Source of the DNA: Octopus sinensis
Lineage: Eukaryota
Reading direction: 5' to 3'
Assembly (NCBI RefSeq): GCF_006345805.1
Contig: NC_043004.1
Coordinates: forward strand, 80,414,001 to 80,478,000
Length of the DNA stretch: 64,000 nucleotides
The notes under the pieces are model-generated. The model saw only the letters and a program-made list of their open reading frames with translations, had not been told where the DNA came from and did not search any database. A program made the position numbers and the translations under genes. Every line of letters begins with the position of its first letter. Within the stretch, counting starts at the first letter, position 1. Shown in pieces: positions 50,964 to 63,048 of the stretch.

Positions 50964-51271
50964 ATTGTTGTTGTGGTTGTAGTAAGAGCGGCAATGTTTA
51001 ATTTTCTTTTTAGATTCGTTTAGCCCGTCCCACCAAGTTGTAAGTTAGTTCACTTCGATTGCGTCGAGTTGATCCAACAAAAGCTGGAAACAGTAAGCCA
51101 GAGATCAGAAGGATACAGCAGAAAATGTCTGTTTGTCGAAAACTTGGCTTGATGCTGTCAATGCATACATTGAGACACGTTGGCCCAACAATGTTACTCT
51201 CAAACGGAGTCATAAAGCGAGTGTTTCACTTTTCTTTGTGCAGTGTAGTATTCTGTAATGATGTTTTCCAT

Positions 51272-51560
51272 TATAGGCACAAGGCCTGAAATTTAGGAGG
51301 AGGGAGCTAGTGGATTACATCGACCCAGGCAAAGACAACCTCGCCGGAATTTGATCCAGAACGTAGCGACGGGCGAAATATCACTAAACATTTCGTCCAC
51401 CGTGCTATCGTTTCTGCCAGCTTACCGCCTTAATAATAATAGTGGGGTGTGGATAAGCCGGTTCCAGTGCTAAAATGTTACTTTTACCAATCCCAAAGGC
51501 AAGATCGACCGCGGCAGAATTTGAACTCAGAAAGCAAAGACAGACGAAATGTTGCTTAGC
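51272..51560 (-). mobile_element. two partial SINE family A copies
   Basis: GGCACAAGGCCTGAAATTT...TTTCTGCCAGCTTACCGCC and a second GAATTTGAACTCAGAA. Confidence 0.75.
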
Positions 51561-52329
51561 GATGCCAGAATTGATCTGATGCAAAATTCGGTGTTCACCA
51601 AACTACACGAGTCATCTGAGACAACCAGTTCCATTGCTAGATTCAAAGACTCCCATTCTGTTTGCTTGTTCTTCATAACTACTTTGGTACCATATTTTCT
51701 TTTCATCCGAAAGATTTACTTAAATCCTCACCTAATCATGAAAACTTAGAAATTCTGTGCCAATTACCAATTTTCTTAGATTATTCTTTAACATCATTCA
51801 TTTCTGCTATATAACTTTTGTTAAACGCAATGGCCTTGACTTCGGAGAAAATTTTAACTCTCCGTCTACAATTTCCTTCATATCGAAGTATACCATCCAC
51901 TTCGAACCACGCCCTACCAAACACTCGTACGTCTGCAAATATTCATTTACATTTCTAGATCATGTTCATTTTTTGCCGATAGCTTTTATTGCGGTGTCAT
52001 CATCTGAATTTGTGTCAAAAGACACGACCAGCCAAACAAAACTGTTTCGCTATTTCTGTTTCGTCTTCTGTTAGAATTCCACTCAAATCTAAGATGTGTT
52101 TTAAGGAATATTAAATCGATCTCAGTCCCTCATTGCATTTTTTGTTTCTCAGAAAGCGAAAAATAGAACTTGAGACTCCGTCCAGATTTGGACTTAGAGA
52201 GGACTTAGAGGGACATAAATAAACGTTGCAAAGCGTTGGATGCTCTTACGATTCTGCCAAATCCACACCGCATTTTTCCGGTATCAGTTCTTAGTTGGAG
52301 CTTTTCCTTTCCATTCACGTCACTGATAT

Positions 52330-52600
52330 TGTTGACCCTTTTGTTACAATATTTTAGTTGAAATACGCTACTTTTGTTATAACGAAGAATTTAGTGAAAT
52401 AACTTCGCCATTATTAAACTGGTGTCTGGAACATAAATTAACAGGAAATGTTGATAGAAGGTTTTAATTTAGATCACTTTAACCCCCCCTTTTTTAAAAC
52501 CATATTTCAATTAAAATACACTGATTTTATTTAAATTAATTTTGAAATTAATGAAAAATGTTTGGAACATAAATTAACATGAAATTTTAATTGTTCGACG
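52330..52600 (+). repeat. old interspersed repeat, two tandem pieces; another copy at about 58250-58410
   Basis: GAAATAACTT..CATTATTAA..TGGT.T.TGGAACATAAATTAACA.GAAAT shared between the copies. Confidence 0.65.
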
Positions 52601-52649
52601 CCTAAAGATTTATACGAAATCATTCGCAATTATTCAATCGTAGTTCAAT

Positions 52650-52870
52650 TTTCAATTCAATTCAATTCAATCTTTATTGGCTCAAAAAGCAAAAGCAAGG
52701 CCATGTAGGGGGGGGGAGTTATGTACTGGGGGGGGGGGGTTCATACAAAGAGTTCAGGCCATTTCTGGTCAAGAGAGACTTTGAACCGAGCGGTCGTCGG
52801 TTTGAATGATAGTAGCATCTCTGCCATTTTGGCACTTTCATCGAACAAGATAGCAGAGAGGATTCTATCA
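52650..52870 (-). mobile_element. LINE-like 3' end with (TTGAA)n tail
   Basis: Minus strand ...GAGCCAATAAAGATTGAATTGAATTGAATTGA. Confidence 0.4.
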
Positions 52871-54367
52871 AATCAAGCTAGAATTGGATAACTACACCTA
52901 TATTCGCATGAAACCATGATATATATATATATCATATATATAAACAACCCTCAACTATTAAAGCAAAAGTTATTCGTCACTGTGAGGTGTTGACCACTCA
53001 TTCTTTTTAGTTCATTACTAAACTATATGTGCATACATACACAGGAGCATAATACACATACACACACTATTACATTTAGTACATGTAGAAAGATATATAT
53101 TTTCAACGCGCAGTTACGCGTTGAAAAATGTATCGCTTGGAAAACAAACTTATGTTCAATTCAAATTACGATGAAAGTAAACAAAGCTTGCTTTAGAAGC
53201 GTTGAGATGTATTGAAAGATACGGATAAGGAAATAATTCATTCTCAAACAGAGAATAGCGGGAACAGGATAAACTATCCATATTTTGCAGAAAAAAATTG
53301 CCAGCGGCCAGCCATGAGACTTGTATTTCATACGACGTACTATTAAATTTGTTTTAGAACCCGTGTTGCACCGTGCTGCACAGGAATGAACATGCACCGG
53401 TACGATGTATTTAAAAGCACAAATATTTTTTTTCCAAATAGTTTATAATTTTCTGACTTTTCTCACAAACTCTTGGCATCACACTTCTGAACCGTATGTA
53501 GTATAAATAATTGAAAAGTTCTGTTTTTCTATAAAGAATACGGAAAAAAAAAACAAAATAGAGAAACCATTTTTTTTTTCTTTCAAGTTTGTGTAACCTC
53601 GCTCAGTATTTAGATGTACTTTATCCTTTTCTATGACTGACCGTAAAAATGGTCACCAAGTGTGGTAACCATATGACCGGAGTTTATTTAGTACGTTAAG
53701 AAAATAAACAACTGTATCTATTTTAAGTGCTGTAACTAAACGACATAATTTTAACTACGAAGTTTCGAAACTGTTTACTTACGTTGAGTCAAAAATGAAA
53801 CAAAGTCCAACAAACAGCTCATAGCGATATAGGAGCTTAAAGTTTAAAGTCTAATTTTAAAAAGAATAATAATAATAATAACAATAAACTCGCTTGCTTT
53901 CGTGTTTGTTTATATATGATTAATACACTTTTTAAAATATTGTAATGTGTTGAATGATTTGTTTAAAAAACTTTAGCTCATACAACACAAGCAGGATTAC
54001 AAATAACCCTTGTCGGTACTGAAACACGAAAGCCACTAAGTGTTATTAGTTGGTTATACATATGCTGGTAGACGCTTCCGCACAGTTTCCTTTCACTAAA
54101 TCCTATTATGTTGAGAGATTTATTTTTAAAAATATATTTTAAAAAGAAAACAACTCATATAACGTTGACGAGATTACAAATAAACCATTTTTGTCACTAT
54201 TGAAACGTGAAACCTACTAAGTATTATTAGTTATTTATGTAAAGTACGATAAAAGCTTCCGTATAGTTTTCTTTCAGCAAATTCTAATCAACTGAAAGAT
54301 TTGTTTAAAAGAAAATCCTTCAAGTTATGCAATAGTGGCAAGATTATATAAATGTTAGTTATTTGCT

Positions 54368-54570
54368 TGGGGCAGGTGAAGCTTTGTGGTAAGAACTTTG
54401 TTTCCCAACCGCCTGGTTCCGGGTTCAGTCTCATTGCATGGTATTTAGGACAAGTGTTTACTATCATATGCTGATGTGGCTTACAAAGAATAAGTCCTTG
54501 GGCCGATTTGTTCGACTACAGGCGGTGCTGCAGCATGGCCGCAGTGGAATTACTGAAACAAATAAAAGAA
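54368..54570 (+). mobile_element. SINE family B with internal deletion
   Basis: Head joined directly to ACAAAGAATAAGTCC...CAGCATGGCCGCAG. Confidence 0.75.
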
Positions 54571-54804
54571 TATATATATAATATAATATATATATATGAG
54601 GGGTATTGGTATTCAGAAGACCTAAGGTGGCAGGTAGCGTTATGTAAGTTCTATGGAAGGACCGTAGTTCCCTCTATTTAACCATGTCACATCATCTTTG
54701 ATGTAAGGATATCCCTAATATCCCAGAAACAGCTGTAAGGCTAACTTTCTCTTTATAAATGTCCACACACCCTTGGCTTTATTGTCTCATTTAACACACA
54801 CACA

Positions 54805-54950
54805 CACACATATTCGACGGGATTCTTTCAGTTTCCGTTTACTAAATCCACTTGCAAAGCTTTGGTCGGCCTGGGGTTATAGTAGAAGACGCTTGCCCAT
54901 GGTTTCACGCAGTGGGACTGAACCAAAAACCATTTGGTTGGAAAGCAATC
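54805..54950 (-). mobile_element. SINE family B, 5' half
   Basis: TTCAGTTTCCGTTTACTAAATCCAC...GGGACTGAACCAAAAACCAT. Confidence 0.8.
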
Positions 54951-55654
54951 GTGTTCACTACACACCCGACTTCACTTTCGCATACAGAAGAAATCTAATC
55001 TTCTGTAGAAAGAAAAAGAAGATTCGTTTGTGTGTGTGCAATGGCGATGAGTAGATTCTGTTTGGTGGTTAGCTTCATGTAATAATCATAATTGTTGCTG
55101 TGGGGTGTTCAGAAAATAACGGAGGGGGGATGATGTAAGAGAGAAGAAAGAGTGTTAATAAAACAACAAAGTTGCTCGAATAAGAGCCGCCGGAGAAACG
55201 ATTAACTCCCTTGTTGAAACTATCCCTGAACATTTGTAACATTTGTATGTTAAGTTGCCGACACCGTCTGTTAAGCAAATCTTGCGATATGAACAAACCC
55301 CACTTATCAGCTGCTTACACTGTTACTAATGAATATGATACGTGTTCCTATCGTAGGACTTACTCCTTCACTAACTCTCTGCTGTGTGTGTGTATGTGTG
55401 TCGCTGTATGTGCATCAAACAACTTATTTAGATCTATCAGTATGTGTGTATTTGTGTGTGTGTGTGTGTAATCGGTGTATGTGCATCAAACTTATTTAGA
55501 TCTATTAGTATATATGTATTTGTGTGTGTGTGTGTACGCCCGCACCTAGCAGCCTTATTCCGTTACTAATTCCATTTTGTGTGTACATACATACATACAT
55601 ACATACATACATACATACATACATACATACACACACATGTATGTTTGTTTGCGT

Positions 55655-55808
55655 CTTCATAACTTAGCGGTTCGGCAAGAGATATCGATAGAATAAGTAT
55701 CAGGCTTTAAAAGAAAAAAAGGATTGAGGTCGTTTCATTCGACCAAAAGAAATTCAAGGTGGTGCCCAAGCATGGCCGCAGCCTAAGGACTGGAGCAAGT
55801 AAAAGATT
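55655..55808 (+). mobile_element. SINE family B, 3' half
   Basis: TAACTTAGCGGTTCGGCAAG...CAAGCATGGCCGCAG. Confidence 0.75.
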
Positions 55809-55846
55809 AAAAGTAAATATACATATATGTATTATGATTGTATGTG

Positions 55847-55903
<57 letters not shown>

Positions 55904-56684
55904 ATACATACGTATGTATGTACATACAGACACACACACATACATTTATATCATCACTATTATGTTAAACTGTCGTATGTCCAAACTTGGCCAAATGCGT
56001 TTGTTTTCAATATTTGTTTTTGCTTGCAATAGCCGGTTCTTTTGGTCAATGTATCGTATCTCCCGCTGCTTCAGATGCCAAAATATCAAAACTTGTGAAA
56101 ATGTAGTACAATGGTTTTGCTATAGAATGGTGAAGCTATTTTTTTTCCGTTTTCTGAAAAAGCAACGTTTTGGACGTAATTTTGCATTATATCAACGATA
56201 TGAATAAATGTGTGTATATATGTGTATCTCTGTTCATGTGGATGTGTGTGTGTATACCTACATATGTGTGCGTGTACACACACGATGGCATACACAACAC
56301 ACATACACAAATTGGTTGGATTTCCGGCATCGCTCTGGAAACAGAAGCTTCAGGTATTGGTCAATTTCTTAGAAAAAAAAAAAGACAAATGTAATTCTGC
56401 AAATATATTGACCCATAATGTTTACCAATACTGTAGTGTTTCTAATAGAGATATTCGGTTTGTAAAAACTGTCTTCCTTCCGGCAAAACAATATCTCAAA
56501 AATAGAGTCGCTTTACAAACAACGTTCTTTATTGTTTTCGTTCCCACCGTTGCGCATTGACAGAAAAATTTCTGAGCATTCAACATGTCCTTTGTCCAGA
56601 AGGATACTCACGTATTCACGAGAGAAGCAGCGCTGTTCCAGCTATACCTTGGAGTTTGTTGATGGACAATGTAACTGGCACTGC

Positions 56685-56948
56685 GTTGGTTATGATGACG
56701 AAGATTCCAGTTGGTACGATTAAGGGAACAGCCTAGCTCGTGAGATGATGCAGTTTTGGGGCTGATTCTGCGTTACACAGAATGTGACATGGTTGGCCCT
56801 TTTGAATTACACATACAACTCATTTTTGTCAGCTGAGCAGACTGGAATAACGTGAAATGCTCAAGGTCACAAATGCATTGCTAGGAATCGAACTCATGGC
56901 CTTATGATCGCGAGCCGAGTACCCCAACCACTGAACCACGCGCCTTCA
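56685..56948 (-). mobile_element. SINE family D (different head, CORE/MIR-like segment) with tail X
   Basis: Minus strand TGAAGGCGCGTGGTTCAGTGG...GAGTTCGATTCC...GTGACCTTGAGCA; 3' part aligns to 8860-9030. Confidence 0.75.
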
Positions 56949-58617
56949 TTGATGGATAAAGTACAGCTTAGATGTAGGAAAATTCCAAGTTTGTTAACTG
57001 AAGTACAGGAACAACACTGACTTTCTGGACCCCTTATAATCAGCACTAATTTACACTAATGTACAAATACCTTTGTTTCATTTGACTAATTAAATTTGGT
57101 AACTTTTTGTTGTTTCATCCCCATTAAAAATATTAGATTATCTCCCCCTGTTTTACGAGAAATATCGGTACTTTTGGTTATCTCCCCCAGCTAAAAAATT
57201 GTTTGACCCTAAAAAAAAAAAAAAAGTGAAAAGATTAATTAACATGAAAACTGAATCTGAAATATTTTTATAACAAATCCTACCATTCCTATTGAGGAGG
57301 TCAAAAGTATTGAATCAAGACGATCGAACCCCTTTAATCCAATCTCTTGTCGCCACATAAACTTAACTTTTTAGTGGGGAGATAACTCAGTTTTTTAATG
57401 GCAATTTATTAATGGGAGTGACATAATCAAAAAGTACTTTTGTTTAATTTAGAATGTGTTCAGTAATCGGGAAAGGGTTTTGTAACCAGAAAATCGATGT
57501 TGTACATGTAGAAGTATACCTGTAAGATTGGTAAGAATTCACGAAATGAATACATCGTCTCCTTTGTCCTATCCAGAAAATTCTATACGTTAGCCTTAGA
57601 AACACGGGACATCAGATTTTTATGAACCAACCTTGTTTCAGTGCGGATGGGCATGGTGGATTTAGTTTGCGGAGGAGTATAATAAATATCCCTACTTTAA
57701 GATTAAAGCAATGTAACGAAACTTCAGAAAGCTCCAGTGATTTTAGAAAACTCTGTTAGATTGGACATATTTTTTTTATTTGGCTCAAGAACTGGGTCAG
57801 TTGCTCGGCCACAGTGGTTCTTTCTTACCTGGCGGCGACTGTTTTAATTGAACAATTTTTTTTTATTTTGCTTTCATAAATCTTTATTCTTTTCCTGTAT
57901 TTTGTTTCCCTGATTATTTGTTCGCTCTGTATATCCCCCTCCTGATACCGCCACCGTTATTTGCCCTTTACTTTTCTTTGTCTGGTAAAATATACAATGA
58001 AAGCTAGGATGTAGTAGTAGTAGTAGTAGTAGTAGTAGTAAACTGTAAGCAGAAGAGGAGGGGAAGAGTAGGGATGGAGAAGAGAGTCATAAAAGTAGGA
58101 TAATATCTTAGTCTTGTCTCTGTTGTGAATGTAACAATGTTTAGGTGTTAACAAGGCTTGAAACAAAATAAATGCAAGATTTAGTTGAAAAAAGAAAAAA
58201 CAGGAAGAGGCGAACCATTCAGCCACGCCTGTGATGTGTTAACCATTTTATTACCATATTCCTGTTAAAATACCCTGGTTGCAATTAATTTTGGAAATAA
58301 TGTAGAATTTAGTAAAATAACTTCTTCATTATTAATCTGGTATTTTGAACATCAATTAACATGAAATTTTTGATGGAAGGTTTTAATCAAGATCATTTTA
58401 GAACAGGAAGCTTGTTTCATAGAACCAGGAGTGGTGGTCTCAAGTGGGTTGGTATCATTTTTTTGTTGTTGATATTTTTGTCGTTGTTGCTGACTGTTAC
58501 CGTTTAGCGTCATATCGATTTTCAATGAGCAAACTCGCAGGATCGAAAACATTCCAGTCGGGCCATCCCGTTTATTTTTTTCCGAAATCAAGAAATTTGA
58601 AAACGTCCCAAATCCAC

Positions 58618-58652
<35 letters not shown>

Positions 58653-59261
58653 GGATGCTTTTTATCCCTAATATTTTGCTTCATGTGGGTGAAACGCTAC
58701 AAATAGAAAAATTCTTAAAAGCTCTCAGAAAGATTAGTTTTAAACAGAAAGCGCCGAGTTGTAGGAGCATATATATATATATACGAAAGTGTATGAAGCA
58801 AAAATGGACGTATATCTGTTTTATGCGGTTGACAACTTGAAGTTAAAGGGCAACAGGAAGATTTGTGGACGACAACCAAAGAATGGAAAGGTAACGTTTC
58901 GTAGATTTGCGTTTGTGAAAATGCGAAACTGTTAACATATCGTGCGAAAGTAGATTAACGCCAAATTTATGTAAAGTTGCTACCATCACGGTATATACAC
59001 AATCAGTATTATAAAAATATAAAAATGCGTAAAATGTTCGGGCTTCAATCCTATTATATAGATGCAACTATACAATGATTCTGAAATCCGGAACACCTCC
59101 GGCCCCGAAGATTTTCCGATAAAGAATTTCTCGACTCTAATGCGTTATCCCACATAATCTGCGCTGAACTTCCATTTTGCACCATCACCATCGTCGTCGT
59201 CGTCATCATCATCATCATCATCATCACCACCGCCACCACCACCATCGCCGTCACCGAAGCT

Positions 59262-59378
59262 GCGAGCTGAAAGAATAATCAGCATGCCAGGCCCAGCAGC
59301 GTTTCATCCGACTTTACGTCCTGAGTTCAAATTCCGTCGAGGTCGACTTTACGTTTCGTCTTTCAGGGTCGATTAAAT
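59262..59378 (+). mobile_element. SINE family A, 3'-truncated
   Basis: GCGAGCTGAAAGAAT...GTCCTGAGTTCAAATTCCGTCGAGGTCGACTT. Confidence 0.75.
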
Positions 59379-59384
59379 TGCGTG

Positions 59385-60115
59385 CAGATAATTCGTCGAC
59401 AGACAATTCGCCGATTGGACAATTGGCTGATTGGACAATAAATCGACATGCGGAAGTATCGATCACGGAGTTCATCAAAACGAAACGAGAAATCAGAAAG
59501 CTTCTATACAAAGGATACACCTGTATTATTCATAGAACCAATAAAAGAAAAGAGTTATTGGAGATGCGCAAATCGTAAACTGTGCAGTGCTAGACCTACA
59601 ACGATTGATGATGAAATTGGCACAACTCCTTCTGAACACGTACATCCCACCTTTCCAACCACCTAATGATGTAGCTACTTTGTTTGAACAATTCCGTTAT
59701 TCTTTAAGTGCTTAAACTGATGACATTTTAGAGGAATTCCTGTCTTATTCTGACTGCACTTGGGTAGGAATCATACAATGTGGTAGACGTCGACGACCAC
59801 TATACGACATTTCTTCATGGTCGTGCTACAACCGAGTTCTCAATGATCCCCCAAAAACCAACAACTCTCTAGAATGGTGGCATCACGCCTTTTGTAGAAG
59901 AGTTAATGTCCATCACCCTAACTTATCCAAATTAATTGAGAAGCTTAGAGTAGAACAGTCACACACGGAAATGGTGATAGATCTGGCCATATCAGGGGTT
60001 GAAGTGGCAAGGAAAAGCAAAAAGTACATTCGCCTTAAGACTTAAAACCATTGTCCTTAATTACGACGATGAAGCTAGGTTTGAATTCTTATGGGCATGT
60101 GCCCATAACTGGTTT
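59385..60115 (+). mobile_element. internally deleted MULE (Mutator-like) DNA transposon: FLYWCH zinc finger plus transposase C-terminus
   Basis: EFIKTKREIRKLLYKGY / YWRCANRKLCSAR...SEHVHP (FLYWCH, frameshift near 59545); 59716-60045 EFLSYSDCTWVG...RPLYDISSWSCYNRVLNDPPKTNNSLEWWHHAF...HPNLSKLIEKLRVEQ matches the MULE PRTNNxxEGWH region; GACAATT repeats at the left end. Confidence 0.85.
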
Positions 60116-61402
60116 CTCGTGAACTCATTTTCCGTTTCCCTCGTTCGTTATAAACTCAACGAACACTGCAGAATTCTTTACGTAGATCCAGTGGCACTAA
60201 AAACTGTGAATAGCATCAGGTAGCCTATACAGTGTAAGTGCTTTGATCGGCACACTACTAACAGCATATCAGAAGTCCAATGCCTATTTATATTATTATT
60301 GACAATGAGTTTGAAGTTTCGGTTAACTAAGCCATCGTCGGACTGTCCTGGCTTAGCTATCTGAAACTTCGAAGTTACTGTCAGTCATATTCTTGTTTGA
60401 GAATAATAAATTTGTACTCGACAAAAGTATAGAGTAATCCATCGGGTTAATGTAAAATTGTTTTTATCATTGCTGAACATAAAAACAAGCATTATACTTA
60501 TGTATACATGTGTGTGTGCGCGTGCGGTTGCGCGTGTTAGCCGGACGAGAAGGCAAGTATCTTTATGATTTTGGTGAATGATATTTGTGTTGTATTTATA
60601 GTATAAATCATGTTCCAACACGCACAGAGCTACAAGGTTTGTCAGTTATCACTAGTGGTGATGGTGGCGGTGCTGTTTTATGAACCTTGTTCTTGAAATC
60701 GTGTACTAACTTAAATCGTGTTTTGTTTACAAAAAGGGATTCGCCTTACAAGTTCATACATACTGTGTGTGTGTGTGAGAGAGAGAGAGAGAATGGTTAT
60801 TTGCCAAAGCTAGTAACAAAGGCATCTTCGTCACTCAGTACCGACCTAAGATCCTGAAATTTAATGTCAGTATCACTGATAAGCTTCCAATGTCCTCTTG
60901 AGAGGGTCCTCGACTCCCAAACATCTCTACAAGATATTTGGTTGTCCTGGATGAAGGATTGTATGTGAACTCGATAAATGTGTTCTACTTGTACAAACAC
61001 ACAAATAAATAAATAGAAACATGCTTGTCTCGGTGCTTATTATTAATTTGTTGGCTGTAAGAGGGAGAGAGTGATGTTAATGATAACCTTTCGGGAGGGT
61101 TTTTTTTTTTTTGCATTTGTGTGTATGTAGCGTGTGACCTTTCAACGTCAACATTTTCGTCTTTAATTGGAAAATATGTTAAACTGATAAATTGTTTCGA
61201 AGTTTCTCTTGTATAAAGGGATCCTGATGCCTGCGTTATTAAGCGGGAGACGCTGTAAAACTGATAAGGATTTAAAGGGTTTCACAAAGAAACCCTACTA
61301 GAATGTTTCTTAAAGTGTTTAACAACAAGGAATCTAAAATTAAGACATGATATCTTAATTTATTCGCCTCTTGGCACACACACACACTCACTCACACACA
61401 TA

Positions 61403-61487
61403 CAGTAATCCCTCGACTATCGCGGGTGTTACGTTCCATCTCTGTGATGGGTGAAAATCCGCGAAGTAGAAACAGTACTGTACCGTG

Positions 61488-61531
<44 letters not shown>

Positions 61532-61672
61532 AATATATATATATATATACACATAGACATATACACATTATATAGCTGCAGTTCAAGCCGAAGTTTCAGT
61601 GGTAAACCAAACCCAAAAGTTATAGTTATACCTATTACATTACGTCACTATCCGAAAATCCTATATACATGT

Positions 61673-61770
<98 letters not shown>

Positions 61771-61895
61771 CAGACACACATATATATATATATACATACA
61801 CAGACACACACATATGTATGTGTTGATATCGAACAGTGAGAACAGTGAGCACTCAACACAGCATTGGCGGATAAATATTCTTTATTCGCGGGGTA
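61403..61895 (+). mobile_element. Tigger-like (Tc1/mariner) non-autonomous element interrupted by (TA)n
   Basis: TA|CAGTAATCCCTCGACTATCGCGGG.GTTACGTTCC...GAAAATCCGCGAAGTAG terminus; right TIR not intact. Confidence 0.6.
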
Positions 61896-62002
61896 ACCAG
61901 TCTATATGTGTATATTTACTCGCATATAAATCGTGCCCCTGGCTTTTCAGTTCAAGTCAAGTGTAAAATAAGGCGATTTACAAATAAATACGGTCTGTTT
62001 AT

Positions 62003-62075
<73 letters not shown>

Positions 62076-62333
62076 CATCTTGTTAGGGTCTACTTTGCTT
62101 TTTTTTTTTTGCTTCCGGCGATCGAGAAAATATCTACCAATCATAGACCTCCTTTTAATTCGTCTACACATCTCACCTGACACACACATGACAACCACAA
62201 CGATGGGGAGGCCGTAGACACGCCAATATCTATGTCATACCAACAATGGCGGAGTCTATATTTTGCCCTGCAATATTTTTAGTTTCATTCTAGGATCAAA
62301 TCTCACGAGAATTTCCCCCACCGTTTACACATT

Positions 62334-62396
62334 TCGCTTCTTCTTCTTCTTCTTCTTCTTCTTCTTCTTCTTCTTCTTCTTCTTCTTCTTCTTCTT

Positions 62397-62462
<66 letters not shown>

Positions 62463-62530
62463 GTTATAGTTGTTATTATTATTATTATTATCATCATTAT
62501 TGTTGTTGTTGTTGTTGTTATTATCATTAT
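62334..62530. repeat. (CTT)n-(ATT)n-(GTT)n compound microsatellite
   Basis: Direct reading. Confidence 0.95.
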
Positions 62531-62720
62531 TGTTGTTGTTTTTGTTTGTTGTTACAACACCTCTTTTTGGGAATCGATATTTCTAAGCCGGGAAAAGAAA
62601 ATGTCATCCAATGAATAAATTTATTTAATCAATTCCCAGCTAAATTTAAAGTACAGACAGCAATCGATTATATCTGTTATCGTATGAATTCTTCTGTTCA
62701 TCAGAAGTCTCTCACTCTCA

Positions 62721-62805
<85 letters not shown>

Positions 62806-62980
62806 GACCGTTCTCTCTTTTTACGTTCCATTCATGGTATTTTTGCATATCAGCAAAACGAAGCCAGCAACAAACGCCAGGAGACAACGTGGGAGGAAGC
62901 TTCTACTACTAAAGCGGTTGCTTTTCTCTGCTAGAAATAGAAGTCAAATTACTTTATGTATAACTACACATTTTCATGTA

Positions 62981-63048
<68 letters not shown>

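Noticed and set aside
56591-56712. Exon-like segment with two open frames
   Set aside because: The 3' third overlaps the tail of the minus-strand SINE D; weak donor and unrecognised peptide
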